Assembly: GCA_964574985.1 (NCBI GenBank)
Contig: CAZNPH010000015.1
Span: 42,206 to 106,205 of the forward strand
From: an uncultured Bacteroidaceae bacterium
GTDB lineage: Bacteria > Bacteroidota > Bacteroidia > Bacteroidales > SM23-62
Reading direction: 5' to 3'
DNA length: 64,000 nt
Of this stretch, positions 38,279 through 48,606 are shown piece after piece (the first letter of the stretch is position 1; each line of letters opens with the position of its first letter). The notes beneath the pieces are model-generated. The model was given only the letters and a program-made list of their open reading frames with translations, was not told the origin of the DNA and did not search any database. The position numbers were made by a program, and so were the translations under genes.

Positions 38279-39337
38279 ATGCGGGGTGGTTTTTTCCATA
38301 CGGTCATCCGGGGAACAGCGTCCGGATGCTGTTTTTGCCTTCTGGTCATCTGCCTGGGAGCCGGAAGTTCTCCGGTGAGCGGAAACAGGATCAGGACGGT
38401 GTTTTACAATGTGGAAAACTTCTTTGATACAGAAGATGACCCCGGGTTCCGGGATGAAGAGTTCCTGCCGGAAAGCATCCGGCACTGGTCGCTTTTCCGG
38501 TACAAGAGAAAACGCAGGAATATCTATAAAGCCCTGGCCGGTGCGGGTGGCTGGGGTGGAGCCGATATCATCGGGCTGTGTGAGGTAGAGAACAGTGGCG
38601 TCCTGGAGGATCTCACCCGGAACACACCCCTGAGCAAGTACCGGTACCGGTATCTGCACCGTGATTCGCCGGATCCCAGGGGCATCGATGTGGCCCTGGT
38701 TTACAAGAAGGAGGTATTCATACCCCTGCACCATGAAGTCCTCCGGGTTGGCGGCCATGACGGCAGGGAATCCTGGCGGAGCAGGGACATTCTCTATGCA
38801 AAAGGTTTGATCAGGGGACCGGATACCCTGCATATTTTTGTGAATCACTGGCCTTCAAGGCGGGGAGGTGTCCTGCATTCCGCTCCAAGGCGGAAATATG
38901 CGGCATTGATCCTGCGTGCAAAACTGGATTCCCTTTGGGCCTGTGACCGCGAATGCCGGATCCTGGTGATGGGGGATTTCAATGACGAGCCGGAGGATCA
39001 CAGCATACAGGATGTTTTGCTGGCCGAAAAGGATGCCCGGAGCGGCCGGACGCTGATCAATCTGTGCAGGCCGGAAGATGCCGCCCCGGCGGAAGGATCA
39101 ATCAAGTACCGCGGGCTCTGGTACAGGTTTGACCAGGTCATGGTTTCGGCCCCGCTCGCACAGTCGGCCTGCGGGGAATCATGCCGGGTGTACGCTCCCT
39201 TTTTCCTGCTGACCGGTGACAGCCGCTATACCGGTCACCGTCCCTGTTCAACGTACCGCGGGTACCGTTATGAAGGGGGCTTCAGTGATCATTTGCCTGT
39301 GGTGGCCGATTTTTATCGCGGACGGCATCATCCCTGA
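38279..39337 (+). CDS. Endonuclease/exonuclease/phosphatase (EEP) family protein, secreted
   Basis: RTVFYNVENFFD, IIGLCEVEN, VNHWPSRRGG, MGDFND and FSDHLPVVADF are EEP catalytic motifs. I chose the start at ATG 38279. Confidence 0.8.
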   Translation: MRGGFFHTVIRGTASGCCFCLLVICLGAGSSPVSGNRIRTVFYNVENFFDTEDDPGFRDEEFLPESIRHWSLFRYKRKRRNIYKALAGAGGWGGADIIGLCEVENSGVLEDLTRNTPLSKYRYRYLHRDSPDPRGIDVALVYKKEVFIPLHHEVLRVGGHDGRESWRSRDILYAKGLIRGPDTLHIFVNHWPSRRGGVLHSAPRRKYAALILRAKLDSLWACDRECRILVMGDFNDEPEDHSIQDVLLAEKDARSGRTLINLCRPEDAAPAEGSIKYRGLWYRFDQVMVSAPLAQSACGESCRVYAPFFLLTGDSRYTGHRPCSTYRGYRYEGGFSDHLPVVADFYRGRHHP

Positions 39338-40751
39338 GACTGAGTCCGAGTTCCTTTCCTTTTTCAAGCATAAAACGGTATGCCGCGGAATAATCGCTGG
39401 GAATGATCCCGTCAAGAATGGCATCTTTTATCGCGTTCTTGATTATGCCCACTTCCCTGGAGGGTTTTATTCCGAATGTTTCCAGGATCAGGTGGCCCGA
39501 TACGGGGGGCTGAAAATTCCTGATCGCATCCTTTTCCTCTGTTTCACTGATCTTTTTTCTGACTTTCCGGAAGTTGCCGAGGTTCTGGCGGACAGTCCTT
39601 TCCCTTTTGGAGGTGATGTCCGCTTCACAGAGGAGCATCAGGTCATCCAGGTCATCCCCAGCTTCGAAGATCAGCCGCCTGACGGCCGAATCAGTTACAT
39701 TTCCGGGAGAAAGGGAGATGGGGCGCAAATGCAGCAAAACCAGTTTTTGTACATATTTCATCCGTTCATCCAGAGGCAGTTTGAGCCTTTTGAAAATTAC
39801 CGGGATCATCTTGGATCCGTAAAAATCATGTCCGTGAAATGTCCATCCGTCAGCGGGATCAAATTTCTTTGTCAGGGGTTTGGCCACATCATGAAAGAGG
39901 GCGGCGTACCTGAGCCAGAGGTCCCCGGTTTTTGCAGCCACATTGTCCAGGACCCGCAGGGTGTGGTCAAGGTTGTCTTTGTGTTTTTTCCCGTTGATCT
40001 CCTCCACGCCTTTGATCTGATCCAGTTCCGGCAGGATGACAGCCAGCAACCCGCTTTTTTCGAGCAACCTGAAACCCGCAGAGGGCTTCGCTGACAACAT
40101 GATCTTGTTCAGTTCATCGGTGATCCTTTCCTGTGAAACAATAAAGATCCTGTGTAAGTTATGACGTATGGCCGAAAATGTTTTTTTGTCGATCCTGAAT
40201 TGCAATTGGGTGGCAAACCGGATGGCACGCATCATTCTGAGCGGATCATCGGAAAAAGTACGGGCCGGGTCCAGGGGTGTGCGTATGATATGTTGTTCCA
40301 GGTCCCTGAGGCCCCGGAAAGGGTCGATCAGTTTGCCGTATTCTCCGGGAATTAAACTCAGGGCCAGTGCATTGATGGTGAAGTCCCTCCTTTTCTGGTC
40401 ATCTTCCAGGGTCCCCTTTTCAACCGCTGGTTTTCTGGAATCTTTCCGGTAGGATTCCCTGCGGGCACCGACGAATTCAATCTCCTTGTCCCCGTACCGC
40501 AGCATGGCCGTTCCGAAATTTTTAAATATGCTGATGCCTTCTTTCAGGTTCATGGCCTTTGCCACTTTTTTTGCCATGGTGATGCCATTTCCGGCAACCA
40601 CCACATCAATGTCCTTGCTTTCCCTGTTCAGCAGCAGGTCCCGGACAAATCCCCCGATGACATAGGCAGGGGTACGCTCCCTGGCAGCAACATCCCGGAT
40701 GACTTTAAAAATATGATCATCTAAACATTTATGCATATGTAAATATGACAA
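39282..40751 (-). CDS. CCA-adding tRNA nucleotidyltransferase / poly(A) polymerase family protein with HD domain
   Basis: 489 aa. GGFVRDLLLNRESKDIDVVV, RRDFTINA and an HD region (LFHDVAKP) are present. The 3-prime end overlaps the EEP gene by 56 bp in convergent orientation. Confidence 0.85.
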   Translation of the reverse strand: MSYLHMHKCLDDHIFKVIRDVAARERTPAYVIGGFVRDLLLNRESKDIDVVVAGNGITMAKKVAKAMNLKEGISIFKNFGTAMLRYGDKEIEFVGARRESYRKDSRKPAVEKGTLEDDQKRRDFTINALALSLIPGEYGKLIDPFRGLRDLEQHIIRTPLDPARTFSDDPLRMMRAIRFATQLQFRIDKKTFSAIRHNLHRIFIVSQERITDELNKIMLSAKPSAGFRLLEKSGLLAVILPELDQIKGVEEINGKKHKDNLDHTLRVLDNVAAKTGDLWLRYAALFHDVAKPLTKKFDPADGWTFHGHDFYGSKMIPVIFKRLKLPLDERMKYVQKLVLLHLRPISLSPGNVTDSAVRRLIFEAGDDLDDLMLLCEADITSKRERTVRQNLGNFRKVRKKISETEEKDAIRNFQPPVSGHLILETFGIKPSREVGIIKNAIKDAILDGIIPSDYSAAYRFMLEKGKELGLSLRDDAVRDKNRPPQANDH

Positions 40752-40897
40752 TTTGTATGCACTGTGATGACAAAATTACAATTATTTGTTCACAATGCTT
40801 TCCAGACAGCGGTATTTGAAATTGGTATGTTATTTGAGCAAAAGTAACCACGATCTGTTAAAAAATTCGGATATTTATTCAATCAAAAGAAACAACA

Positions 40898-41254
40898 ATG
40901 ACAGAACATCTGACTGCAGAGACATTCAAACAAAAGGTTTTTGATTACGAAAAAAACAAGGAATGGAAATATGAAGGTGAGGTTCCCTGCCTGATTGATT
41001 TTTATGCCGACTGGTGTGCGCCCTGTAAAATTGTGGAGCCGGTGCTGGAGGAACTTTCCAGGGAATATGACGGCAAGATGAGCTTTTATAAGATTGATAC
41101 GGAAAAAGAAAAAACCCTTGCCTCCATGTTTGGCATTCAAAGCATTCCCTCCCTCCTGTTCATTCCCCTGGAAGGCCAGCCTCAGATGGCCATGGGGGCT
41201 TTGCCCAAGGAGACTTTCAAAAAGGCGATCAAAGAAGTCCTGAAGGTCGGGTAG
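40898..41254 (+). CDS. Thioredoxin
   Basis: 118 aa. LIDFYADWCAPCK carries the CxxC active site, and FGIQSIPSLLF is present. Confidence 0.9.
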   Translation: MTEHLTAETFKQKVFDYEKNKEWKYEGEVPCLIDFYADWCAPCKIVEPVLEELSREYDGKMSFYKIDTEKEKTLASMFGIQSIPSLLFIPLEGQPQMAMGALPKETFKKAIKEVLKVG

Positions 41255-41277
41255 GACCGGGGACACTCAATAGAAAT

Positions 41278-42945
41278 ATGATTGTGAGGTCTTTTTCCCT
41301 GGCTTTTGGCGGATTGCTGATATGGTTTTCTTCATGTTCGGGGCCTGATGATACACATGCCGGGCGATCCGTATTCAGATACAATGAGTCCAAGGGCATT
41401 TCTACGCTTGATCCGGCCTATGCCAGGAACCAGACGGTGATCTGGCCGGTCAATCAGTTATTTAACGGACTGGTGCAGATGGACGACAGTTTGTCTGTAA
41501 AACCATGCATTGCCCGTTCCTGGGATATTTCCGGAGACGGACGTGTATATACTTTCCATTTGAGGAAGGATGTGTTTTTTCACCGGCATGCGTTGTTCGG
41601 GAGCCGGGAGAAAAGAAGGGTAATGGCGGATGATTTTTTGTATAGTTTCTCACGGATCACCGATCCGGCGGTTGCTTCACCGGGTGCCTGGATTTTTAAT
41701 CACCTGGACCGGTCGGGTGAACACCCGGAAGGTTTTGATGTTCTGAACGACAGTACATTCAGGATATTCATCCGGGATATTTTCCCGCCTTTTGCCGGTT
41801 TGCTGACCATGCCCTATTGTTCGGTGGTTCCCCGTGAGGCCGTGGAATATTTTGGTAGTGGTTTCCGCAGCCATCCGTTAGGGACCGGACCTTTTATGTT
41901 CGGGAACTGGAGGGAGGACGAAAAGCTTGTACTGGTCAGGAATCCGGATTATTTCGAAAAAGATGCACATGGCAGGCCACTGCCATACCTGGATGCCGTT
42001 TCCATCACATTTATCAAGGACAAACAATCCGAATTTCTGGAATTCATGCTGGGCAACCTGGATTTTCTTTCCGGAGTACATCCCGTATACAAGGATGAAC
42101 TGACTACCCCTTCGGGGAACCTGAATCCCAAATATGCCGGTCGCTTCCGCATGTACAGGCAATCATACCTGAATACGGAATACCTCGGTTTCCTGGTCGA
42201 TGAGGATGCCCCGGCAGCAGCCGGCAGCGTATTGCTGGATGTCCGGGTCAGGAAAGCCATCAATTACGGTTTTGACCGGGTCAGGATGATGAAATACCTG
42301 AGAAACAACATCGGCACCCCTGCCCTGGCAGGTTTTGTCCCTGAAGGAATGCCATCCTTTTCTGACCGGGCCGTACAGGGTTATGACTATGATCCCGACC
42401 GTTCCAGGCAGTTGTTGCGGGAAGCAGGGTATCCTGACGGCAAAGGGCTCCCTGAGATCACCCTGACCACCACTTCGGATTACCGGGATCTTTGTGAATA
42501 TATCCAGCACGAACTCTCGCAGGTTGGTATCCGGATATCCATCGGGATCAGTACGGGTGCTGCTTTCAGAAATCTGGTCGCCAATTCGGAACTGCCCTTT
42601 TTCAGGGGATCATGGATTGCCGATTATCCCGATGCCGAAAATTACCTGAGTCTTTTTTACAGCCCCAATTTCAGTCCGGCCGGACCCAATTACACCCATT
42701 ACCGGAATCCGCGGTATGACAGTCTTTTTGAACAGGCAGTCGCTACTCCCGGCAGGAAGGAGAGATACAGGATGTACCATATTCTGGACCAAATGATCAT
42801 GAACGATGCGGTGGTCGTACCCCTTTACTATGATATGGCCGTACGATTTGTGCCCATAAATATCCGGGGGATGCAGGGGAATCCAATGAATTTATTAACT
42901 TTGAAACGGATTAGGAAAAATCAGGTGGACGGGTCATTGCATTAA
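41278..42945 (+). CDS. ABC-type substrate-binding protein, family 5 (peptide/oligosaccharide-binding), lipoprotein; no cognate permease or ATPase nearby
   Basis: 555 aa. The lipobox is WFSSC. The SBP_bac_5 pattern is present: ISTLDPAYA, LFNGLVQMD, GTGPFMF, and WIADYPDAENYL. Confidence 0.8.
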   Translation: MIVRSFSLAFGGLLIWFSSCSGPDDTHAGRSVFRYNESKGISTLDPAYARNQTVIWPVNQLFNGLVQMDDSLSVKPCIARSWDISGDGRVYTFHLRKDVFFHRHALFGSREKRRVMADDFLYSFSRITDPAVASPGAWIFNHLDRSGEHPEGFDVLNDSTFRIFIRDIFPPFAGLLTMPYCSVVPREAVEYFGSGFRSHPLGTGPFMFGNWREDEKLVLVRNPDYFEKDAHGRPLPYLDAVSITFIKDKQSEFLEFMLGNLDFLSGVHPVYKDELTTPSGNLNPKYAGRFRMYRQSYLNTEYLGFLVDEDAPAAAGSVLLDVRVRKAINYGFDRVRMMKYLRNNIGTPALAGFVPEGMPSFSDRAVQGYDYDPDRSRQLLREAGYPDGKGLPEITLTTTSDYRDLCEYIQHELSQVGIRISIGISTGAAFRNLVANSELPFFRGSWIADYPDAENYLSLFYSPNFSPAGPNYTHYRNPRYDSLFEQAVATPGRKERYRMYHILDQMIMNDAVVVPLYYDMAVRFVPINIRGMQGNPMNLLTLKRIRKNQVDGSLH

Positions 42946-42955
42946 CCCTGACCAA

Positions 42956-43783
42956 ATGTACAGGAATATCTGGCAACAGAACCAGCAGTCCGTTTGTTCC
43001 ATTACTTTCCTCAGTGAGAATGGTTTCAGGATTGCATCCATTTCCGGGTTCAAGATAGATCATTATTTGGTTACCGATGATTTTGTTTGCAGCCTCCTGA
43101 AACCAGACAGTGTTGAGATCAGGTTCATGAAAGAAGATGGCTGTTCGGAAAGGACATGCAGAAAAATGAAATTCCGGGATTTTCAAAGGCGGATGGTGTC
43201 TCCCTGCAGGCATGAGCAAAAAAGATTTGCGGTGCTGGACCTGGATGTAAAGGAATTCAGGGATATCCCGTCGCTGAAGCTGAGCCGGAAAGTGGGATTC
43301 GAAATAGGCCACCCGGTTGCCCTGCTGGGTTATCAGCTTGAACAGGATAACCTGGTTTTGAAGAAGGGCATTATCTCTTCTTATTACAGGCATAAGGACG
43401 GCACCAATTATATACAGATCGATTGCAACCTCAGTCAGGGAAACTCCGGCAGTCCGGTCATCGACACAGAAAAGAATGAAGTCATCGGCATGGTGGGATT
43501 TTTCCTGGCCAGCATGACCAAAACGTACCGGGGCCTGATCGACATCATCAACCAGAACCTGGAACTTTTGGAGGAGATCAGGGGGCGGATCAACTTTTTT
43601 GATTTCGATCCGGTTCAAATCCTGATGACCAGCCAGAGCCAGATGAAATACCTGCTCAAATTGCTGTACAAAAGAGTCAACTTTAGCCAGGGTTTCGCGC
43701 TGGAAGCCAACCGGATCCGTGATTTTTTCGTGGAGAACACCGGGGAAACCCGGAAAGAGCCCGGATCCGCTTCCCGGTCCTGA
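42956..43783 (+). CDS. Trypsin-like (S1/Trypsin_2-like) domain protein, possibly non-catalytic, without a signal peptide
   Basis: 275 aa. GNSGSPVID...VIGMV is the serine motif. At the expected His motif (TNxHV) the sequence reads LVTDDFV, and at the expected Asp motif (DLAVL) it reads RFAVL. Confidence 0.55.
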   Translation: MYRNIWQQNQQSVCSITFLSENGFRIASISGFKIDHYLVTDDFVCSLLKPDSVEIRFMKEDGCSERTCRKMKFRDFQRRMVSPCRHEQKRFAVLDLDVKEFRDIPSLKLSRKVGFEIGHPVALLGYQLEQDNLVLKKGIISSYYRHKDGTNYIQIDCNLSQGNSGSPVIDTEKNEVIGMVGFFLASMTKTYRGLIDIINQNLELLEEIRGRINFFDFDPVQILMTSQSQMKYLLKLLYKRVNFSQGFALEANRIRDFFVENTGETRKEPGSASRS

Positions 43784-43796
43784 GCATACCGTTGTC

Positions 43797-44027
43797 TTAT
43801 TCCTTTTCTTCTTCCTGTTTCGATTCCTCCCCGGCGACCTCTTCGATCACCTTGTTGATTTCCTGCTCTGTCCTGTACAATTTATCCCTGCATATTTTCA
43901 GCAGGTATACCACCCTTTTTACTTTGTCTGTCAGCTTGTCCACATCGGTTTCTCCTTCCTCCACCTGGTTCAGGATCTGTTCAATTTCTCCGATGGCTTC
44001 CTTGTAGGTGATGTTTTCCTTTGTCAT
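43797..44027 (-). CDS. xseB: Exodeoxyribonuclease VII small subunit
   Basis: 76 aa. YKEAIGEIEQILNQVEEGETDVDKL. It sits immediately downstream of xseA. Confidence 0.85.
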   Translation of the reverse strand: MTKENITYKEAIGEIEQILNQVEEGETDVDKLTDKVKRVVYLLKICRDKLYRTEQEINKVIEEVAGEESKQEEEKE

Positions 44028-44053
44028 GATTTTTACTTTGTATCTGTGGTTGA

Positions 44054-45448
44054 TTATTTCCCGGGCGGAATGATTTTTTCCACCTTGCTTTCGGTCCCTC
44101 CCTTGTAATACCTGGTATGTATGCCATCCCCCCTGGCGAGCATGCCTGAATCCCTGATAAGCTTTCCCTTGCTGGTGGTGATGGAATAGCCCAGTTTCAG
44201 TATTTTTTCAGGGTCCATCTGCCGGGCGATTTTATCCATCATCTGCAATTTGCTTTGTTCCTTTTCAATCCGGTACCGGGATTGTGATTCCAGTTTCTTT
44301 ATTTTGTTTTCCAGTTCAATCCGGCCGATCCTGAAACTATGGCGTGCGGCGGAAAGAAGGCGGCCGGGATGGCTGCTGATTTTTTGCATTTCACCGTTCA
44401 GCAAATGCTTTGCGGATTTGCCTGTTCTCGCAGACAGCCGGCCCAACATGGCATCATGGGACCGCAGGGCATTGCGGGAAGAGGATATGAAGCGCTGGAT
44501 GCGCATGGACACCAGATTGTTTTCCCGATGCAGCACCTGGTTGACTTTTCCGGCAAGCCGGTCGAACAGTCCGTTCAGGTCCCGTTCAAATCCGAAGGCC
44601 CTGTCAATGAGAAATTCTGCTGCCGCAGTAGGGGTTTTTACGGCCGTGTGGGCGATCATGTCGGCTATGCTTTCATCTTTCTCATGACCGATCCCGGTGA
44701 TCACCGGGAGGGGAAACTGGGCGATATGAAAAGCGATCCCGTAAGTGTCAAAACAACTCAGATCTGTTTTTGATCCGCCTCCGCGGATGATCACCACCAC
44801 ATCGAAAAAATCCGCCCATTCAAAGATCCTGTCAAGCGCCTTGATCACGGATTGTTCTGCACGGTCTCCCTGCATCATTGCATGAAACAGGCAGGGATAG
44901 AATTTGTATCCGCAGGGATTGTTCATGAGCTGGTTCATGAAATCCTGATAGCCCGCGGCCGTTGCCGAAGAAATGACCGCAATTGTTTGCGGGATGAAGG
45001 GCATCCCGAGTTCCTTGTTCATGTTGACGACCCCTTCTTTTTCCAATCGCCGGATGATCTCCAGTTTCTTTCTTTGCTGGTCTCCCAGTGTATAGGTTGG
45101 ATCGATGTCGGTGATGTTCAGACTAAAACCGTATAGTTCGTGGAATTCCGGACGTACAATCAGCATGACCTTGATCCCCGCGCCGAAATCATATCCCGTG
45201 GTGGTTTCAAAATAGGGTTTCAGCATCCGGAAAGTCCGTGCCCATATGGTCCCTCTTGCCCTGGCAATGATCCGGTCGTTCACCGGATCTTTTTCAATGA
45301 GCTCGAGATAACAATGCCCGCTGCGGTTGATGTTCATTTCATGGATCTCGGCAATGACACGGTATTGTTCCGGAAAGGCGTTCCGGATGGTTTCCCTGAT
45401 CCTGAGGTTCAGTTCAGACAGACTTACGGGTTCTTTTTTCTCTGTCAT
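44054..45448 (-). CDS. xseA: Exodeoxyribonuclease VII large subunit
   Basis: 464 aa. The N-terminal OB fold carries SGHCYLELIEKD, followed by IAVISSATAAGYQDF, IIRGGGS and GIGHEKD. Confidence 0.9.
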   Translation of the reverse strand: MTEKKEPVSLSELNLRIRETIRNAFPEQYRVIAEIHEMNINRSGHCYLELIEKDPVNDRIIARARGTIWARTFRMLKPYFETTTGYDFGAGIKVMLIVRPEFHELYGFSLNITDIDPTYTLGDQQRKKLEIIRRLEKEGVVNMNKELGMPFIPQTIAVISSATAAGYQDFMNQLMNNPCGYKFYPCLFHAMMQGDRAEQSVIKALDRIFEWADFFDVVVIIRGGGSKTDLSCFDTYGIAFHIAQFPLPVITGIGHEKDESIADMIAHTAVKTPTAAAEFLIDRAFGFERDLNGLFDRLAGKVNQVLHRENNLVSMRIQRFISSSRNALRSHDAMLGRLSARTGKSAKHLLNGEMQKISSHPGRLLSAARHSFRIGRIELENKIKKLESQSRYRIEKEQSKLQMMDKIARQMDPEKILKLGYSITTSKGKLIRDSGMLARGDGIHTRYYKGGTESKVEKIIPPGK

Positions 45449-45521
45449 GGCTGCAGCAACATTTTGGCCTCACGGCTGTCATTTTCCGAAGGCCCCCGGT
45501 GATGTATACCAGGGACCGGGT

Positions 45522-46442
45522 TCAGTTTGCCCTTTTTTGGGGTTGAATGCTTTCCAGGTCCGGTTCCCCGAACTTCCCCAGATTTTTTTCAAGCTCTTCA
45601 AAGAATTTTTCTTCTTTTTCTTCCAGGAATTCTTCGTTCCGGGCTTTTCCCCCGGTGTATTCCAGCTGGTATTGAACGGAGCCGTCATGGTTGTAGTATG
45701 TCCATGTTCCCTCCATCAGGTTGTCCCGGTATGTTCCGCTGATCAGCAGGTTCCCTGATGTACCGTATACTTTGTACGGACCGTTGAGTTTGCCGTCCGT
45801 GTAACTGGCGGTCAGCCGGATGGTCCCGTCCTGGTAGAACTGTTTCCAGGGACCGGATTTTGTTCCTTGTTTCCAGTGAATGCTCTCGGAAACCTGTCCG
45901 TCCGGATAGTACTTTTTGGAAACCCCTTCTTTCAGGCCCCTGTTATACCTTTCTTCGTAACTGAGCGTGCCGGTATAGTATGAGTAATATTCCCAGAGAC
46001 TGTCTTTTTTTTCGTTTTCATATTTTCCCTCTGCGGCGATCTCCCCGTTCGGAAAATACAGTTCGGCCTGCACCGAGCTCCCGTTTTTTGCATGATGCAT
46101 AACGGCCTTCAGGTTCCCGTTTTCATCATATCTTATGAATTCCCCCACAGGATGGTCATCCTTGAAACAACCCGTGTACATGACCCGGCCGTTCTCAAAA
46201 CACTTCTTCCAGGGGCCCTGTTTCATCCCCTGCTCATCGGTTTGATTGATCCTTGCCGTATCTTCCGGCTGTTGACGGGTTATTGCGGCAGCGGCAGGCA
46301 GGGCCGGTAGCGTCATGAGCACCAGTGACAGCAATCCGGTGAAAACCCGGAGCGCCAAATGGTCAAATGATAATGGTTTCCTGGCAGCAACAATCATAGC
46401 GGCAATTTGTGATGGAAACATCAAAAACCGGACCGGCCACAA
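45522..46442 (-). CDS. MORN-repeat-variant protein (YwqK-like repeats) with signal/TM N-terminus
   Basis: It carries repeated G-x-W-x-x-Y-Y/F-x-x-G units, for example GPWKQFYQDGTI, GPYKVYGTSGNL and GTWTYYNHDGSV. The exact start is uncertain. Confidence 0.65.
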   Translation of the reverse strand: MWPVRFLMFPSQIAAMIVAARKPLSFDHLALRVFTGLLSLVLMTLPALPAAAAITRQQPEDTARINQTDEQGMKQGPWKKCFENGRVMYTGCFKDDHPVGEFIRYDENGNLKAVMHHAKNGSSVQAELYFPNGEIAAEGKYENEKKDSLWEYYSYYTGTLSYEERYNRGLKEGVSKKYYPDGQVSESIHWKQGTKSGPWKQFYQDGTIRLTASYTDGKLNGPYKVYGTSGNLLISGTYRDNLMEGTWTYYNHDGSVQYQLEYTGGKARNEEFLEEKEEKFFEELEKNLGKFGEPDLESIQPQKRAN

Positions 46443-46466
46443 ACGGTTGCTTAAAGATGTGTTGAT

Positions 46467-48398
46467 TTACTTCACTTCTTCAAAATCAACATCGGTTACT
46501 TCCGAATCGTCTTCTTTCGAACCCTTGTCCTTCCCGGATTCTTCTTTTCCGGAAGATTCGCCGGAAGCCTGCTGTCCTCCTTCTGCACCGGCCTGCTGAC
46601 TGGCTTTGTAAAGATCTTCGGAAGCAGCCTGCCATACGCGGTTAAGTTCGGCTGTTGCCTGATCAACGGCGTCCATATCCTCTTTTTTATGGGCTTCTTT
46701 CAGATCATCCAGCGATTTTTCGATGGGCTGTTTCTTTTCTGCCGGGATCTTGTCACCGAACTCCTTCAGCTGCTTTTCCGTTTGGAAAATCAGGCTGTCG
46801 GCCGCGTTCATCTTGTCGATCTTTTCCTTGGCTTTTTTGTCGGCTTCGGCATTGACTTCCGCTTCTTTTTTCATCTTCTGGATCTCCTCTTCACTCAATC
46901 CGGAGGAGGCTTCGATCCTGATCTTCTGTTCCTTGCCGGTGCCTTTGTCTTTGGCCGACACATTCAGGATACCGTTGGCATCAATGTCGAAAGTCACCTC
47001 AATCTGCGGAACCCCTCTCGGTGCGGGAGGTATTCCGTCCAAATGGAAGCGTCCGATGGTTTTGTTGCCTGAAGCCATGGGGCGTTCTCCCTGAAGAACA
47101 TGGATCTCGACCGAAGGTTGATTGTCGCCGGCTGTGGTGAATGTTTCCGTTTTCTTGGTGGGGATGGTCGTATTGGCCTCGATGAGCCTGGTCATAACAC
47201 CCCCGAGGGTTTCAATACCCAGCGAAAGGGGAGTAACATCCAGCAACAGGACATCCTTGACATCTCCTGTAAGAACGCCTCCCTGGATCGCGGCTCCGAT
47301 GGCAACCACTTCATCCGGATTCACACCCTTGGAAGGCTTCCTGCCGAAGAATTTTTCCACATTCTGCTGAATAACCGGTATTCTTGTGGAACCGCCGACC
47401 AGGATCACTTCGTCGATATCCGATGCACTCATTTTGGCATCTTTGAGTGCTTTTTTACATGGTTCTACGGTTTTCTGCACAAGCGGATCGATCAATGATT
47501 CGAATTTGGCCCTGCTGAGTTTTTTGACCATGTGCTTGGGGACACCATCCACCGGCATGATGTAAGGCAGGTTGATCTCCGTGCTGGTGGAGCTTGAGAG
47601 TTCCACTTTTGCTTTTTCAGCTGCTTCTTTCAGCCGCTGGAGCGCCATGGGATCTTTTTTGAGATCAACCCCTTCGTCTTTTTTGAATTCATCCGCGAGC
47701 CATTTGATGACCACTTCGTCAAAGTCATCTCCCCCGAGGTGGGTATCCCCGTTGGTGGACTTGACTTCGAAAACACCGTCACCCAGTTCCAGGATGGATA
47801 TGTCAAATGTTCCGCCTCCCAGGTCAAATACAGCGATCTTGATGTCTCTTTCTTTTTTGTCGAGTCCGTATGCAAGGGATGCAGCGGTCGGTTCGTTGAT
47901 GATCCGTTTTACGTTCAGTCCTGAAATTTCACCGGCTTCTTTGGTGGCCTGTCGTTGTGAATCACTGAAATACGCGGGTACGGTGATCACAGCATCGGCG
48001 ACTTCCTGGCCCAGATAATCTTCAGCCGTCTTTTTCATTTTCTGCAGGATCATGGCCGATATTTCCTGGGGAGTGTATTTTCTGTCTCCTATTTTTACCC
48101 TTGGCGTATTGTTTTCACCTTTTATAACCTCGAAAGGCACCCGTTCCCTTTCGATCTTTACTTTGTCATATGTCTCTCCCATGAACCTTTTGATGGAGAA
48201 TACGGTATTCTTGGGATTGGTAATGGCCTGCCTTTTAGCAGGATCACCCACCTTGCGTTCCCCGTTTTCAATAAAGGCCACCATGGAAGGCGTGGTGCGT
48301 TTGCCCTCACTGTTGGGTATAACCACGGGTTCGTTGCCTTCCATTACAGAAACACATGAATTGGTGGTTCCAAGGTCAATTCCAATGATCTTACTCAT
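46467..48398 (-). CDS. dnaK: Molecular chaperone DnaK (Hsp70)
   Basis: [24 protein letters not shown] and [11 protein letters not shown] are present. I set the start at ATG 48398 rather than the track start at 48461. Confidence 0.97.
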   Translation of the reverse strand: MSKIIGIDLGTTNSCVSVMEGNEPVVIPNSEGKRTTPSMVAFIENGERKVGDPAKRQAITNPKNTVFSIKRFMGETYDKVKIERERVPFEVIKGENNTPRVKIGDRKYTPQEISAMILQKMKKTAEDYLGQEVADAVITVPAYFSDSQRQATKEAGEISGLNVKRIINEPTAASLAYGLDKKERDIKIAVFDLGGGTFDISILELGDGVFEVKSTNGDTHLGGDDFDEVVIKWLADEFKKDEGVDLKKDPMALQRLKEAAEKAKVELSSSTSTEINLPYIMPVDGVPKHMVKKLSRAKFESLIDPLVQKTVEPCKKALKDAKMSASDIDEVILVGGSTRIPVIQQNVEKFFGRKPSKGVNPDEVVAIGAAIQGGVLTGDVKDVLLLDVTPLSLGIETLGGVMTRLIEANTTIPTKKTETFTTAGDNQPSVEIHVLQGERPMASGNKTIGRFHLDGIPPAPRGVPQIEVTFDIDANGILNVSAKDKGTGKEQKIRIEASSGLSEEEIQKMKKEAEVNAEADKKAKEKIDKMNAADSLIFQTEKQLKEFGDKIPAEKKQPIEKSLDDLKEAHKKEDMDAVDQATAELNRVWQAASEDLYKASQQAGAEGGQQASGESSGKEESGKDKGSKEDDSEVTDVDFEEVK

Positions 48399-48606
48399 AT
48401 CTGTTCCTTTTTTTGATTGTTTACAATTTTGTTTCCTGAATGGTTTCAATGATTGTGCCATTTGCCGATATGCCCGGATTTATGCAAAAATGACACGGCC
48501 GGTCTTTAATATATCATGAAGGACCTGCGTGAATGACAAAAAGTCAGCATGGGATGGTCTTATTTCGGAAATTAATTATCAACTTTGCAATATAAATCCT
48601 TACAAC

